Below, piece after piece: positions 35,502-43,561 of a DNA stretch of 64,000 bases. The notes beneath the pieces were generated by a model, which saw only the letters and a list, made by a program, of their open reading frames with translations, ran no database searches and was not told the DNA's origin. The DNA is from an uncultured Actinomycetes bacterium. Lineage in GTDB: Bacteria; Chloroflexota; Dormibacteria; Dormibacterales; Dormibacteraceae. The stretch spans positions 103,456 through 167,455 of the forward strand of contig CAZXGB010000001.1 in assembly GCA_964640005.1 (NCBI GenBank), given 5' to 3'. Each line of letters opens with the position of its first letter. Positions within the stretch are counted from its first letter, which is position 1. A program made the position numbers and the translations under genes.

Positions 35502-36505
35502 ACCCGGCGGTCCGCCGGCGGGTGGCGGCGGCGGTGAGCGACTGGGTGGCAGACGAGCATGGAGCCGCGGTCGAGCGGATGAGGATCACCCGTTCCGCAT
35601 ACGCGAGCAGCGCTTCGATCCTCAACGTGCACCTGACGCTCGCCGGCGGGGAGCGCGTGCGCGCCGTCTACAAGGCGGCCGGCGCGGGCGCGCAGCTGCC
35701 CGCGGCGCGCGGGGTCAAGCCGGAGGCCGTCTGCGACCCGGGCCGCGAGACGTGGGTCTACGAATCGGTGCTCGCCGGCGACGGCGTCGCGGACGCCCCG
35801 CGCCTCCTGTCCTCCGGCACGCTCGCGGACGGCGGGCGCTGGCTGCTGCTCGAGTGGGCCGGCAGCGTGGACCTGGGGCAGGTCGGCGACCGGGCGGTCT
35901 GGAGCGAGGCGGCCGCCCGGCTGGCGCGGATGCACGCCTGGGGCGAGGCGCGGGTCGACGGCCTGGTTCGTGGATCGGCGCTGCGCTGGGACGACCCGGC
36001 CCTGCACCTGATGTGGGCCCGGCGCGCCCGAGACTCCTACGCGGGCGAGAAACGCGATCCGCTGGCCCCGCTCTGGGACCGGTATGCCACCGTCGCCGAA
36101 CGGGTCGCGGCCCTGCCCGGGACGCTCGTCCACGGCGATCTCAACGCGGCCAACGTCCTGGTCACGCGCTCCCCGGCGGGAATGCGCATCCGCTTCATCG
36201 ACTGGGAGACGGCGGGCGTGGGCCCGGGTCTGCTCGACCTCGCCTCGCTGACCAGCGGCAGGCTGCCGGAGAAGCATCGGGCCGCGATGCTGGCCGCGTA
36301 CCGCGCGAACCTGGGCCCGAGCCGGCTGGGCGCGCTGCCCGCCGCCGACTTCGACGAGGCGCTCGCCTGGTGCCGGCTGGCGCTCGCCGTGCAGTGGCTG
36401 GGCTGGTCGCCGGGCTGGTCGCCGCCGCCCGCGCACGCGCACGACTGGCGCGCCGAGGCGCTCGGGCTGGCGCGGAGACTCGGCGTGGTGGAGGTGGCGG
36501 AGTGA
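35498..36505 (+). CDS. APH/choline-kinase-fold small-molecule kinase
   Basis: ATG 35498 overlaps the upstream stop (ATGA). Catalytic loop LVHGDLNAANVLV and FIDWETAGVGPGLLDLA (Brenner/DFG-like) motifs. Confidence 0.8.
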   Translation: MNPAVRRRVAAAVSDWVADEHGAAVERMRITRSAYASSASILNVHLTLAGGERVRAVYKAAGAGAQLPAARGVKPEAVCDPGRETWVYESVLAGDGVADAPRLLSSGTLADGGRWLLLEWAGSVDLGQVGDRAVWSEAAARLARMHAWGEARVDGLVRGSALRWDDPALHLMWARRARDSYAGEKRDPLAPLWDRYATVAERVAALPGTLVHGDLNAANVLVTRSPAGMRIRFIDWETAGVGPGLLDLASLTSGRLPEKHRAAMLAAYRANLGPSRLGALPAADFDEALAWCRLALAVQWLGWSPGWSPPPAHAHDWRAEALGLARRLGVVEVAE

Positions 36506-37323
36506 GCGCGGCCGTGCACCCGCGTTCCTTCCTCTTCGTGACGCTGGACTCCTGCCGCTACGACACGTTCGTGAGCGCCTCGACGCCGGCCTTCGATCGA
36601 GTCGGTGTGACGCATCGCGCGATGGCGCCGGGCAACTACACGTACGCGTCGCACGCGGCGATGTTCGTCGGCTTCACCCCCGGCGTCTTCGAGGTCGACG
36701 AGCCCTTCGTCAACCCGAAGTTCGGGCGCATCTTCAAGATGGCCTATCCGCCGCCGCTGCACACGCGCCGCGATTTCGTCGCGCTCGAGGGCGCCAACAT
36801 CGTCGAGGGCTTCGGCCGGCTCGGCCACACGACGATCGGCACCGGCGCGGTGGGCTGGTTCGACCCCAAGGCGCCCACGGCCCACGTCCTCACCGGCTCG
36901 TTTCAGCGCTACCTCTACCCTGGCAACCCGTGGTCGCTGCGCCGCCAGGTGGCCTTCGTGGAGGAGGAGCTTGACCGCGCCGGCGACGCGCCCGTTCTCG
37001 TGTTCGTCAACGTGGGCGAGACGCACGTCCCCTACTACCACGAGGGCGCGCCGTGGTCGCCCGACGACAACCCGTGCGTCCCGTTCTCCAAGACCAACGA
37101 CGCAGCCGAGTCCCGCCGGCGCCAGACCGCCTGCCTCGAGTGGGTCGACCGGGAGCTCGCGGGGGTCGTGGAGCGCTTCGCCGGGGCGAACGTCCTGATC
37201 TGCGGCGACCACGGGGACGCGTGGGGCGAGGACGGCCTGTGGGAGCACGGAATCCATCATCAGAAGGTGCTCGAGGTGCCGCTTCTGATGAAGCTGTCCA
37301 ACCCTCCGGCGCCGGTCCGGTAG
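36502..37323 (+). CDS. Alkaline-phosphatase-superfamily enzyme (type I phosphodiesterase/phosphotransferase-like)
   Basis: GTG 36502 overlaps the upstream stop (GTGA). FLFVTLDSCRYDTF (metal-site Asp block), NYTYASHAAMFVGFTPG (candidate nucleophile Thr), ICGDHGDAWGEDGLWEHG. Confidence 0.65.
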   Translation: MSAAVHPRSFLFVTLDSCRYDTFVSASTPAFDRVGVTHRAMAPGNYTYASHAAMFVGFTPGVFEVDEPFVNPKFGRIFKMAYPPPLHTRRDFVALEGANIVEGFGRLGHTTIGTGAVGWFDPKAPTAHVLTGSFQRYLYPGNPWSLRRQVAFVEEELDRAGDAPVLVFVNVGETHVPYYHEGAPWSPDDNPCVPFSKTNDAAESRRRQTACLEWVDRELAGVVERFAGANVLICGDHGDAWGEDGLWEHGIHHQKVLEVPLLMKLSNPPAPVR

Positions 37324-37382
37324 CGCCCGGCGTTCGCCGTCCGATTACCCGCCCTTAGCCATCGGGCGGATAGCCTCCCAAC

Positions 37383-39119
37383 GTGGGCGGGGACTTGGAT
37401 CCGCCGGCGCACGTCCTCCGGGGTGAGCCCCTTCCGGACGGGGCAGAGGCGTCGCTCCTGGACGCGATCGACCGCCACGCGGTCGAGATGCCGGAGCGAA
37501 GGGCGCTCGAGCTTCCCGAGCAGGGCATGACCATCTCGTGGCGGGAGCTCCGGCAGAGATCGCTCGAGGTCGCGGCGGCGCTGCGGGACTCCGGCGTGCG
37601 CCGCGGCGAGCTGGTGGGCCTGATGCTGCGGAACGACGAGCTGTTCGTGCCCGGGCTCCTCGGCATCCTCCATCTGGGCGCCGTCGCGGCGCCGATGCCG
37701 ATTCCGGGCGCGTTCGCGGACGTCGAGGTGTACGCCGAGCACATCCGCGGGATGATCGCGGCGGCCGGCCTGCGCCACGTGCTGCACGACTCGTCGCTGC
37801 CGAGCGAGCACACGCAGGCCGCGGTGCGCGGCAGCGCCGAGATCACGTGGATCGACGGCTCACCCCGGCGGCCGGAGCGCGAGTTCGAGCCCCGCGAGCG
37901 TCCGGCGCCCGGCGACCTGGCGCTCGTCTCCTACACCTCCGGCAGCACGTCCGCCCCGAAGGGGGTCGAGCTGACCCACGCCAACGTGTCGACGGCGATC
38001 AGCGCCTTCGGCGTGGCGACCGGCCTCGGCCCGGACGACGCGTGGGGCGTGTGGACCCCGCTCTTCCACGACTTCGCCCTGATCTCGATGCTCACCGCCC
38101 TGGTCTTCGGAGCCGCGGTCTGGATCTGGTCGCCCACGCGGTTCATCCGCAACCCCGGGCGCTGGCTCGCCGAGTTCGGGCGCGGCGGCTGCACGCACTA
38201 CTCGGGCCCGAACTTCAGCTTCGATCTGATGCGCGACTCGGCCACGGACGAGGGCCTCGCGGGCGTCAGCCTCGCCGCCTGGAGGGTGGCGGTCAGCGGC
38301 GGGGAGCCCGTGAGCGCCGCCACCGTGAGTCGCTTCACCGAACGCTTCGCCCCCTACGGCGTGCGCCCGGAGACGATCGTGCCCGGATACGGCCTCGCCG
38401 AAGCCACCCTGGCCGTCTCGGTGCCGGCTCGGAACACGCGGCCGCGCGTGGTCACCGTCAGCCGCGAGGGCCTGACGGAGCGGCGGCGCGTGGAGCACGT
38501 CGAGCCAGGAGATCCCGGAGCCCGCGCCCTCGTCTCGGTCGGCAGGGCCGCGCCCGGGATCGAGGTGCGCATCGTGGACGGTCTGCGTCAGGACCTCCCC
38601 GACGGCCATGTGGGCGAGATCGAGGTCCGCGGCCCCTCGGTCACGCGCGGCTACCGCGGGCACCCGGACGCGGCCCCTGACGGCTGGTTCAAGACCGGGG
38701 ACCTGGGCTTTGTCGAGGACGGAGGACTCTTCATCTGCGGCCGGATCAAGGACGTGGTCAACGTGCGCGGGACCAAGTACCACCCCGAAGACCTCGAGCC
38801 GATCGCCGGCGAGGTGGAAGGGGTGCGCAAGGGCCGCTGCTGCGTCGTGGGCGAGGGCGAGACGCATGAGCGCATGGCGGTCATCGCCGAGACGCGCCTG
38901 CGTGGGGAGGACCTGGGTCGCCTCCGGACCGAGATCGAGGAACGCCTCACGCGCCGGCTGGGCATCGGGGACATCAGGGTGTACCTGGTCGAGCCCCGCA
39001 CGATCCAGGTGACGAGCAACGGCAAGGTGCGGCGCCAGCTCATGCGGCGCCGGCTCGAGAGCGGCGAGCTGGCCGACCTGGAGAGCGTGGCCCGCGAGGC
39101 TGAGGTCCCGGTCGCATGA
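37383..39119 (+). CDS. Fatty-acyl-AMP/CoA ligase (adenylate-forming enzyme)
   Basis: Motifs VSYTSGSTSAPKGVELTH, PLFHDF, YGLAEATL, FKTGDLGF, GRIKDVVNVRGTKYHPEDLE and a terminal SNGKVRR. The start is uncertain (GTG 37383). Confidence 0.85.
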   Translation: MGGDLDPPAHVLRGEPLPDGAEASLLDAIDRHAVEMPERRALELPEQGMTISWRELRQRSLEVAAALRDSGVRRGELVGLMLRNDELFVPGLLGILHLGAVAAPMPIPGAFADVEVYAEHIRGMIAAAGLRHVLHDSSLPSEHTQAAVRGSAEITWIDGSPRRPEREFEPRERPAPGDLALVSYTSGSTSAPKGVELTHANVSTAISAFGVATGLGPDDAWGVWTPLFHDFALISMLTALVFGAAVWIWSPTRFIRNPGRWLAEFGRGGCTHYSGPNFSFDLMRDSATDEGLAGVSLAAWRVAVSGGEPVSAATVSRFTERFAPYGVRPETIVPGYGLAEATLAVSVPARNTRPRVVTVSREGLTERRRVEHVEPGDPGARALVSVGRAAPGIEVRIVDGLRQDLPDGHVGEIEVRGPSVTRGYRGHPDAAPDGWFKTGDLGFVEDGGLFICGRIKDVVNVRGTKYHPEDLEPIAGEVEGVRKGRCCVVGEGETHERMAVIAETRLRGEDLGRLRTEIEERLTRRLGIGDIRVYLVEPRTIQVTSNGKVRRQLMRRRLESGELADLESVAREAEVPVA

Positions 39120-39772
39120 GGCGTGCCCTGGCCCGTCTTCTGCTCGCGTCCGCGAGCGCGGCCGTGCTCGGCGCCTGTGGTGGCGCCCAGCCCGGTGCTC
39201 CGGACTTCCGGCAGGCCTTTGGCGTGATCGACGCTCCTTGCGCCGCCGGGCTCGCGCCGTCGACGGCCGTGCAGCATTGCGTCGCGCACGTGGTGCTGCA
39301 GGACGCGGGCGGTGAGGGAATCGGGCACGCCACCCTCCAGGTCCCGCTGAAGGCCGCCAGGACGGGCTCGCCCCTGGCCCCCGCCGTCTGCGGGATGGCC
39401 ATCCCCGACACTCCCGCGGGCGGCTACTCCGACCTCGTGTGCAACTTCGACGTGCCGCCTGGCGACACCATCGCCGGCTTTCCCGTCATCGGGTCCATCG
39501 ACTACGCGACGGGCAGCACGCGCACCTCCGCCGGGTTCGACTTCGGGGGCGCCGGCTCTCTGATTCTGGCCGCGGCCACGCTGCTGCTCGCGCTGGCGCT
39601 GCTGCTCGCGGCGCCCTGGCGGCGGGGCACGCCCGCGGTCCTTCTCGCTCCGGCCGCCTCGGCAGACGAGCTCGGGCCCGACCGGTCGCCCGAGTCCCGG
39701 CCGGCGCCGCGTGTGATGGAACGGAGGCGCGACGTGGACGCCGAGTACGACCTTCCCTCGATTCCCCGCTGA
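39116..39772 (+). CDS. Cys-rich lipoprotein with C-terminal TM anchor (paralogue A)
   Basis: ATG 39116 overlaps the upstream stop (ATGA). Lipobox AAVLGAC. Conserved HCVAHVVLQDAGGEGIGHATLQVPL...CGMAIPDT...DLVCNFDVPPG, then the hydrophobic segment LILAAATLLLALALLLAAPW and a charged tail. Confidence 0.7.
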   Translation: MRRALARLLLASASAAVLGACGGAQPGAPDFRQAFGVIDAPCAAGLAPSTAVQHCVAHVVLQDAGGEGIGHATLQVPLKAARTGSPLAPAVCGMAIPDTPAGGYSDLVCNFDVPPGDTIAGFPVIGSIDYATGSTRTSAGFDFGGAGSLILAAATLLLALALLLAAPWRRGTPAVLLAPAASADELGPDRSPESRPAPRVMERRRDVDAEYDLPSIPR

Positions 39773-39773
39773 G

Positions 39774-41498
39774 GTGGCGTTGGGAGAACCGGCCGCGACC
39801 CTGACCGGCGCGAGGCCTGAGATCGACGCCGGCTTCGAGGTCGAGGCGGGCGAGGAGCGCGTGGCCTGGTGGAGGAGGGTGTCGCCGTGCAGGGGGGCCG
39901 AGATCCTGGTGGCTGTCGTATCGGCGGCGATCGCCGTGGCTTGGATCCTGGTGGACCGCACGACTCCGCCGTGGGACGAGGCCCGGTACCTGCTTGACAC
40001 GCTCCAGTGGGTCCAGGCGCTTCACTCCGGCGGCCTTGGCGGCCTGGTCAACGCCTTCTTCACCGTGGACACGGCCTACGGCCCGGGCTATCTGGCGGCG
40101 GTGTTTCCGATCTTCCTCGCCTTCGGCCCTTCGGACCAGGGCGCGCTGGCCGCGAACGTGGTGCTGTGGATCGTGCTGCTTCTGTCCGTCGGCTCCATCG
40201 CGAGGCAGCTGTTCGGCCCGGTCGCCGGCCCGGTCGCGATGGCCGTGACGGCCATCAGCCCCATCCTTCTCTGGCTCCTCCATCACGCGCTCGTGGACCT
40301 CGGGGCCGCCACGTGGACCTGCCTCTCGGTCGTGGCAATGCTGCGGAGCCGGCACTTCACCCGCCCGCTGCCGGCGGCGCTCGCCGGCCTCTGCGCAGGC
40401 GTGGGCCTGCTGACGAAGGTCAGCGTCGTGATCTTCCTGGCGGGACCTGCCCTGGTGATCGGGGTTCGGGCGCTGGTCCGGCTGCGCAGCGCGTCGACCG
40501 CGAAGCGGTGGCGGGTCATGGGAAACCTGGCGCTGGCCCTCGCGACCCTGCTCGCCGTGGCCGGGCCCTGGTACCTGACCAACCTGCAGAGCACGATCGG
40601 CTACATCCATTCGGCCGCGTTCGGCGTCGGCGCCGCCGGCACCGGCCCGGCCAACCCGCTGGCCCCCTCGGCGATCGCGCAGGTGATCCTGATGATCGTG
40701 AGCGATACCCCCTGGATCGTCGTCGCGGCGAGCCTGCTGCTGGCCGCCCTCCTGGTGTGGGAGCGCCGGGGGGCGAAGAGCGTGAGCAGGCCGGGCCGGG
40801 TCTGGTCGTGGCTGGTCCTGCTCGCGATGGCGGGGCTGCCGGTGGCCGCGGTCGCCACCTCACAGGACCAGGCTTCGCGGTACGCGGCCGTCACCTTCCC
40901 GGCGCTGGCGATCATCTTCGCCGCGCTCGTCGCCACCACGCGACGGCGCCCCGTCCAGGTGGCGGCCGTGGCGGCGGTGCTGGCGTTCGGCGTGGCGCAG
41001 ATCGCGGTGTCGCAGATGCCGATCGGCAACTCCTATCAGCGCGGCAAGCTCGTCTGGGTGAGGCACGGCTGGTATGGCATGGACTTCTTCGGCCCGGCCT
41101 ACCCGTACGCGAACTCAGCGGGCGACGACGGGACTCCGATCATGGCCGCGCTCGAGTCGGTGGCCAAAGCCCGCCCGCTTCGCGTGATGATCGCCCAGGA
41201 CGACCACACCACGAACCTGAACACCCTCAGGTGGCTGTCGGCGACGCGGCACGACGACTTCACCTTCGAGCTGCCGCCTGTGGTGGTCGCGGACCCAGCA
41301 CAGCTGAGCACGTACGACGTCGCGCTCTACATTCCGAGCGCCGAGGTCGTGCGGCGCAACAACACCGCGCGAGCGGACATCCTGAACGCCGAGACGCCCT
41401 CGACGGTCTTTGGAGCCCAGCTCTTCACGATCTTCGCCCACGCCCGCCACGAGGTGAGGCTGCCCGGCGGCACGACGGCCTGGGTTCTGGAGCGCTGA
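39774..41498 (+). CDS. GT-C-fold glycosyltransferase (ArnT/PMT_2-like, polyprenyl-phosphate-sugar dependent)
   Basis: At least 10 TM segments. A first-loop acidic motif TPPWDEARYL follows TM1, and there is a C-terminal soluble domain. GTG 39774 is the start. Confidence 0.75.
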   Translation: MALGEPAATLTGARPEIDAGFEVEAGEERVAWWRRVSPCRGAEILVAVVSAAIAVAWILVDRTTPPWDEARYLLDTLQWVQALHSGGLGGLVNAFFTVDTAYGPGYLAAVFPIFLAFGPSDQGALAANVVLWIVLLLSVGSIARQLFGPVAGPVAMAVTAISPILLWLLHHALVDLGAATWTCLSVVAMLRSRHFTRPLPAALAGLCAGVGLLTKVSVVIFLAGPALVIGVRALVRLRSASTAKRWRVMGNLALALATLLAVAGPWYLTNLQSTIGYIHSAAFGVGAAGTGPANPLAPSAIAQVILMIVSDTPWIVVAASLLLAALLVWERRGAKSVSRPGRVWSWLVLLAMAGLPVAAVATSQDQASRYAAVTFPALAIIFAALVATTRRRPVQVAAVAAVLAFGVAQIAVSQMPIGNSYQRGKLVWVRHGWYGMDFFGPAYPYANSAGDDGTPIMAALESVAKARPLRVMIAQDDHTTNLNTLRWLSATRHDDFTFELPPVVVADPAQLSTYDVALYIPSAEVVRRNNTARADILNAETPSTVFGAQLFTIFAHARHEVRLPGGTTAWVLER

Positions 41499-41512
41499 AC
41501 CCTAGGGCTTCG

Positions 41513-42130
41513 TCACCAGGTGCCGTCGTCGTCGCGCCGGTCGTCGGGCGATTCGCCCGCCTCCTGTCCTTCGACCGCGGAGGAGCCCCGCTCCGGGCCT
41601 GACGATGACGGCGCGAGCCGCCCGGCTGCCGCCGCGCCCAGCGTCACCAGGGCGAGGACGGCCGCGACCAGGGCCAGCGCGAAGGTCCCCATGCCGCCGC
41701 CGGCACTCGACGACCCGCCCGCGGCGGCGGCGGAGAAGTCGACCGCCTGCAGGATCGGGACCGAGGCGACCGTCTTGCCCGCGGGCAGGTCGAAGTCGCA
41801 TGTCAGGTCGACCCCGCCACCCCCGGCCGTGTCTGGGATCGAGCGTCCACACGTCGCGGCCGAGGCCGTTCGGGCCGAGGTGGCCGCGCTGGAATCCCTG
41901 AGCGGAACGACGATCGTGGCGTGGCCGATCCCCTCGCCGCCGTGGTTGACCAGCAGCACGTGAGCGGTGCAGTGCGTCGCGGCCCCGGTCGCCCCGACGC
42001 CGCAGGGCCGGTCGACGGTGCCGTACGCCTGCACGAATTCGGGCGGCCCCTGCAGCGACCCGCCACACGCGGCGGCCAGGGGCAGCAGCAACAATGCGAC
42101 CGCCGGGACCCGGCGGAGAGGCCTCAGCAC
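41513..42130 (-). CDS. Cys-rich lipoprotein with C-terminal TM anchor (paralogue B)
   Basis: GTG 42130 overlaps the stop of 42124-43296 by 7 nt. Lipobox LPLAAAC. It has the same HCTAHVLLVNHGGEGIGHATIVVPL...CGRSIPDT...DLTCDFDLPAG core, a TM segment and an acidic tail. Confidence 0.7.
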   Translation of the reverse strand: MLRPLRRVPAVALLLLPLAAACGGSLQGPPEFVQAYGTVDRPCGVGATGAATHCTAHVLLVNHGGEGIGHATIVVPLRDSSAATSARTASAATCGRSIPDTAGGGGVDLTCDFDLPAGKTVASVPILQAVDFSAAAAGGSSSAGGGMGTFALALVAAVLALVTLGAAAAGRLAPSSSGPERGSSAVEGQEAGESPDDRRDDDGTW

Positions 42131-43296
42131 CGCGCCACCTCCCTGGTGAACGCCGCGTCGAGCATCTCTCCCAGGACCCTGTCCGAGTCCAGGTGCTCCA
42201 CGGCGATCGCTCGCGCCGCGGCCGAGTGGCGCGCATAGTCCGAGTTGACGGCGGCGATGCACTCCGCGGCTCCCTCGGCGTCCTCGAAAGCCAGCAGGCC
42301 CTCGCCCACGGGCAGATGGCGCTCGAAGCCGGTCGACGCGGTGACCACCGGCCGGCCGGCTGCCAGGTAGCAGGCGCTCCGGTCGCTGAACCAGCCGGAG
42401 CGCGAGTCGACATAGCCGCTTTTTGGGATCCCGATCTCGGCCCGCGACGAGCTGACGAAGTCCCGGTACGAAGAGGTGTCGAACGCAACCGACGCGGGTG
42501 AGATGATGCGCCACCCGCTCGCGGCCAGCGCCTCCAGGTCGGGCGTCTCTTCGGCGTGGATGGCCAGGGCCAGGAGCAGCGGCTGGGACGTGAGACTCGG
42601 GAGCGCCATCAGCCTGCGCATCGTGTGCACGCGCTGTCCGTAGCGCAGGCCCGCGTGCTCGATCGAGCCGTAGCCGCGCCAGTGTCCGACGGTCGTCATC
42701 TCGGGCCGCGCCTCGGCCGGAGCGGCAGGCCACTGCTCGAGCACGACCGGCGGTGCGATCTTGATCCAGTCCAGGCCGCAGGTGGGGATGGAGCACCCGG
42801 CCTCGCCGATCCCCCGCCCCACGGTCACGAAGCGGTCGTGGCGGCCGAGGCCCATGTCGATTCCCACGGCCGAGTGCCACAGCTGCGTGAAGGCCGGGTC
42901 GAGGTCGACATAGACACGGAGCCGGGGAGTCCCGAGGAGCGTCTCTTCCGTCAGGACGCCGGAGAGGTTGAGGAGCAGGTCGGCGCCGCCGCTGAAGCGT
43001 CGGAGCTCCGATGGCGGGACGCCCGCGCTGGAGCCGCCGCCGCGCTCGAGCAGCGTCCACGAGTAGTCCAGGCCGAACTCAGCCATGGTCGCCGCCAGGT
43101 AGGCGGCGTTTTCAGAGACCTCCAGCGCCGCGCCCGCCGGGCGCAGCGACCGGCGGTCGAGCGTCTCCACGAAGTGCACCTTCCAGCCCAGGCGCCGCAG
43201 CCCGAGCAGGAACTGCAGCACCGCCCATGTCGCGCCACCCTGGTGGGGCTCCGCGCAGATCATGCCGCTGACCAGTGCCCGTCCGGCGGAGGTCAT
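42124..43296 (-). CDS. GT-B-fold-like putative glycosyltransferase, paralogue 4
   Basis: GGATWAVLQFLLGLRRLGWKV, VYVDLDPAFTQLW, APPVVLEQWP, SGWFSDRSACYLAAGRPVV, GEGLLAF, LDSDRVLGEML. Confidence 0.7.
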   Translation of the reverse strand: MTSAGRALVSGMICAEPHQGGATWAVLQFLLGLRRLGWKVHFVETLDRRSLRPAGAALEVSENAAYLAATMAEFGLDYSWTLLERGGGSSAGVPPSELRRFSGGADLLLNLSGVLTEETLLGTPRLRVYVDLDPAFTQLWHSAVGIDMGLGRHDRFVTVGRGIGEAGCSIPTCGLDWIKIAPPVVLEQWPAAPAEARPEMTTVGHWRGYGSIEHAGLRYGQRVHTMRRLMALPSLTSQPLLLALAIHAEETPDLEALAASGWRIISPASVAFDTSSYRDFVSSSRAEIGIPKSGYVDSRSGWFSDRSACYLAAGRPVVTASTGFERHLPVGEGLLAFEDAEGAAECIAAVNSDYARHSAAARAIAVEHLDSDRVLGEMLDAAFTREVARC

Positions 43297-43297
43297 A

Positions 43298-43561
43298 TCA
43301 GAGTGCCCTTGCGGCGGCCAGCTTCGTGGTCACGAAGCGGGTGATGGCCGCGACGCTTTCGAAGTTCGTCCAGGTGAGCTCCTCGTCGGGCACCTCGATG
43401 TGAAAGGTCTGCTCGAGGAAGGCGACCAGCGTGAACACGCCCACCGAGTCGAGGATGCCGGCCCTGACCAGCGACCCCGTGTCCGTCAGCTCGAGGTGAC
43501 GCTTGTCCGCCGGACGCGTGGCCAGGATATGGGCGCGGACCTGCTCGGAGATCGAGGTCAT
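43298..43561 (-). CDS. Acyl carrier protein
   Basis: 87 aa. The phosphopantetheine site context is GILDSVGVFTLVAFLE. ATG 43561 overlaps the upstream stop (ATGA). Confidence 0.8.
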   Translation of the reverse strand: MTSISEQVRAHILATRPADKRHLELTDTGSLVRAGILDSVGVFTLVAFLEQTFHIEVPDEELTWTNFESVAAITRFVTTKLAAARAL

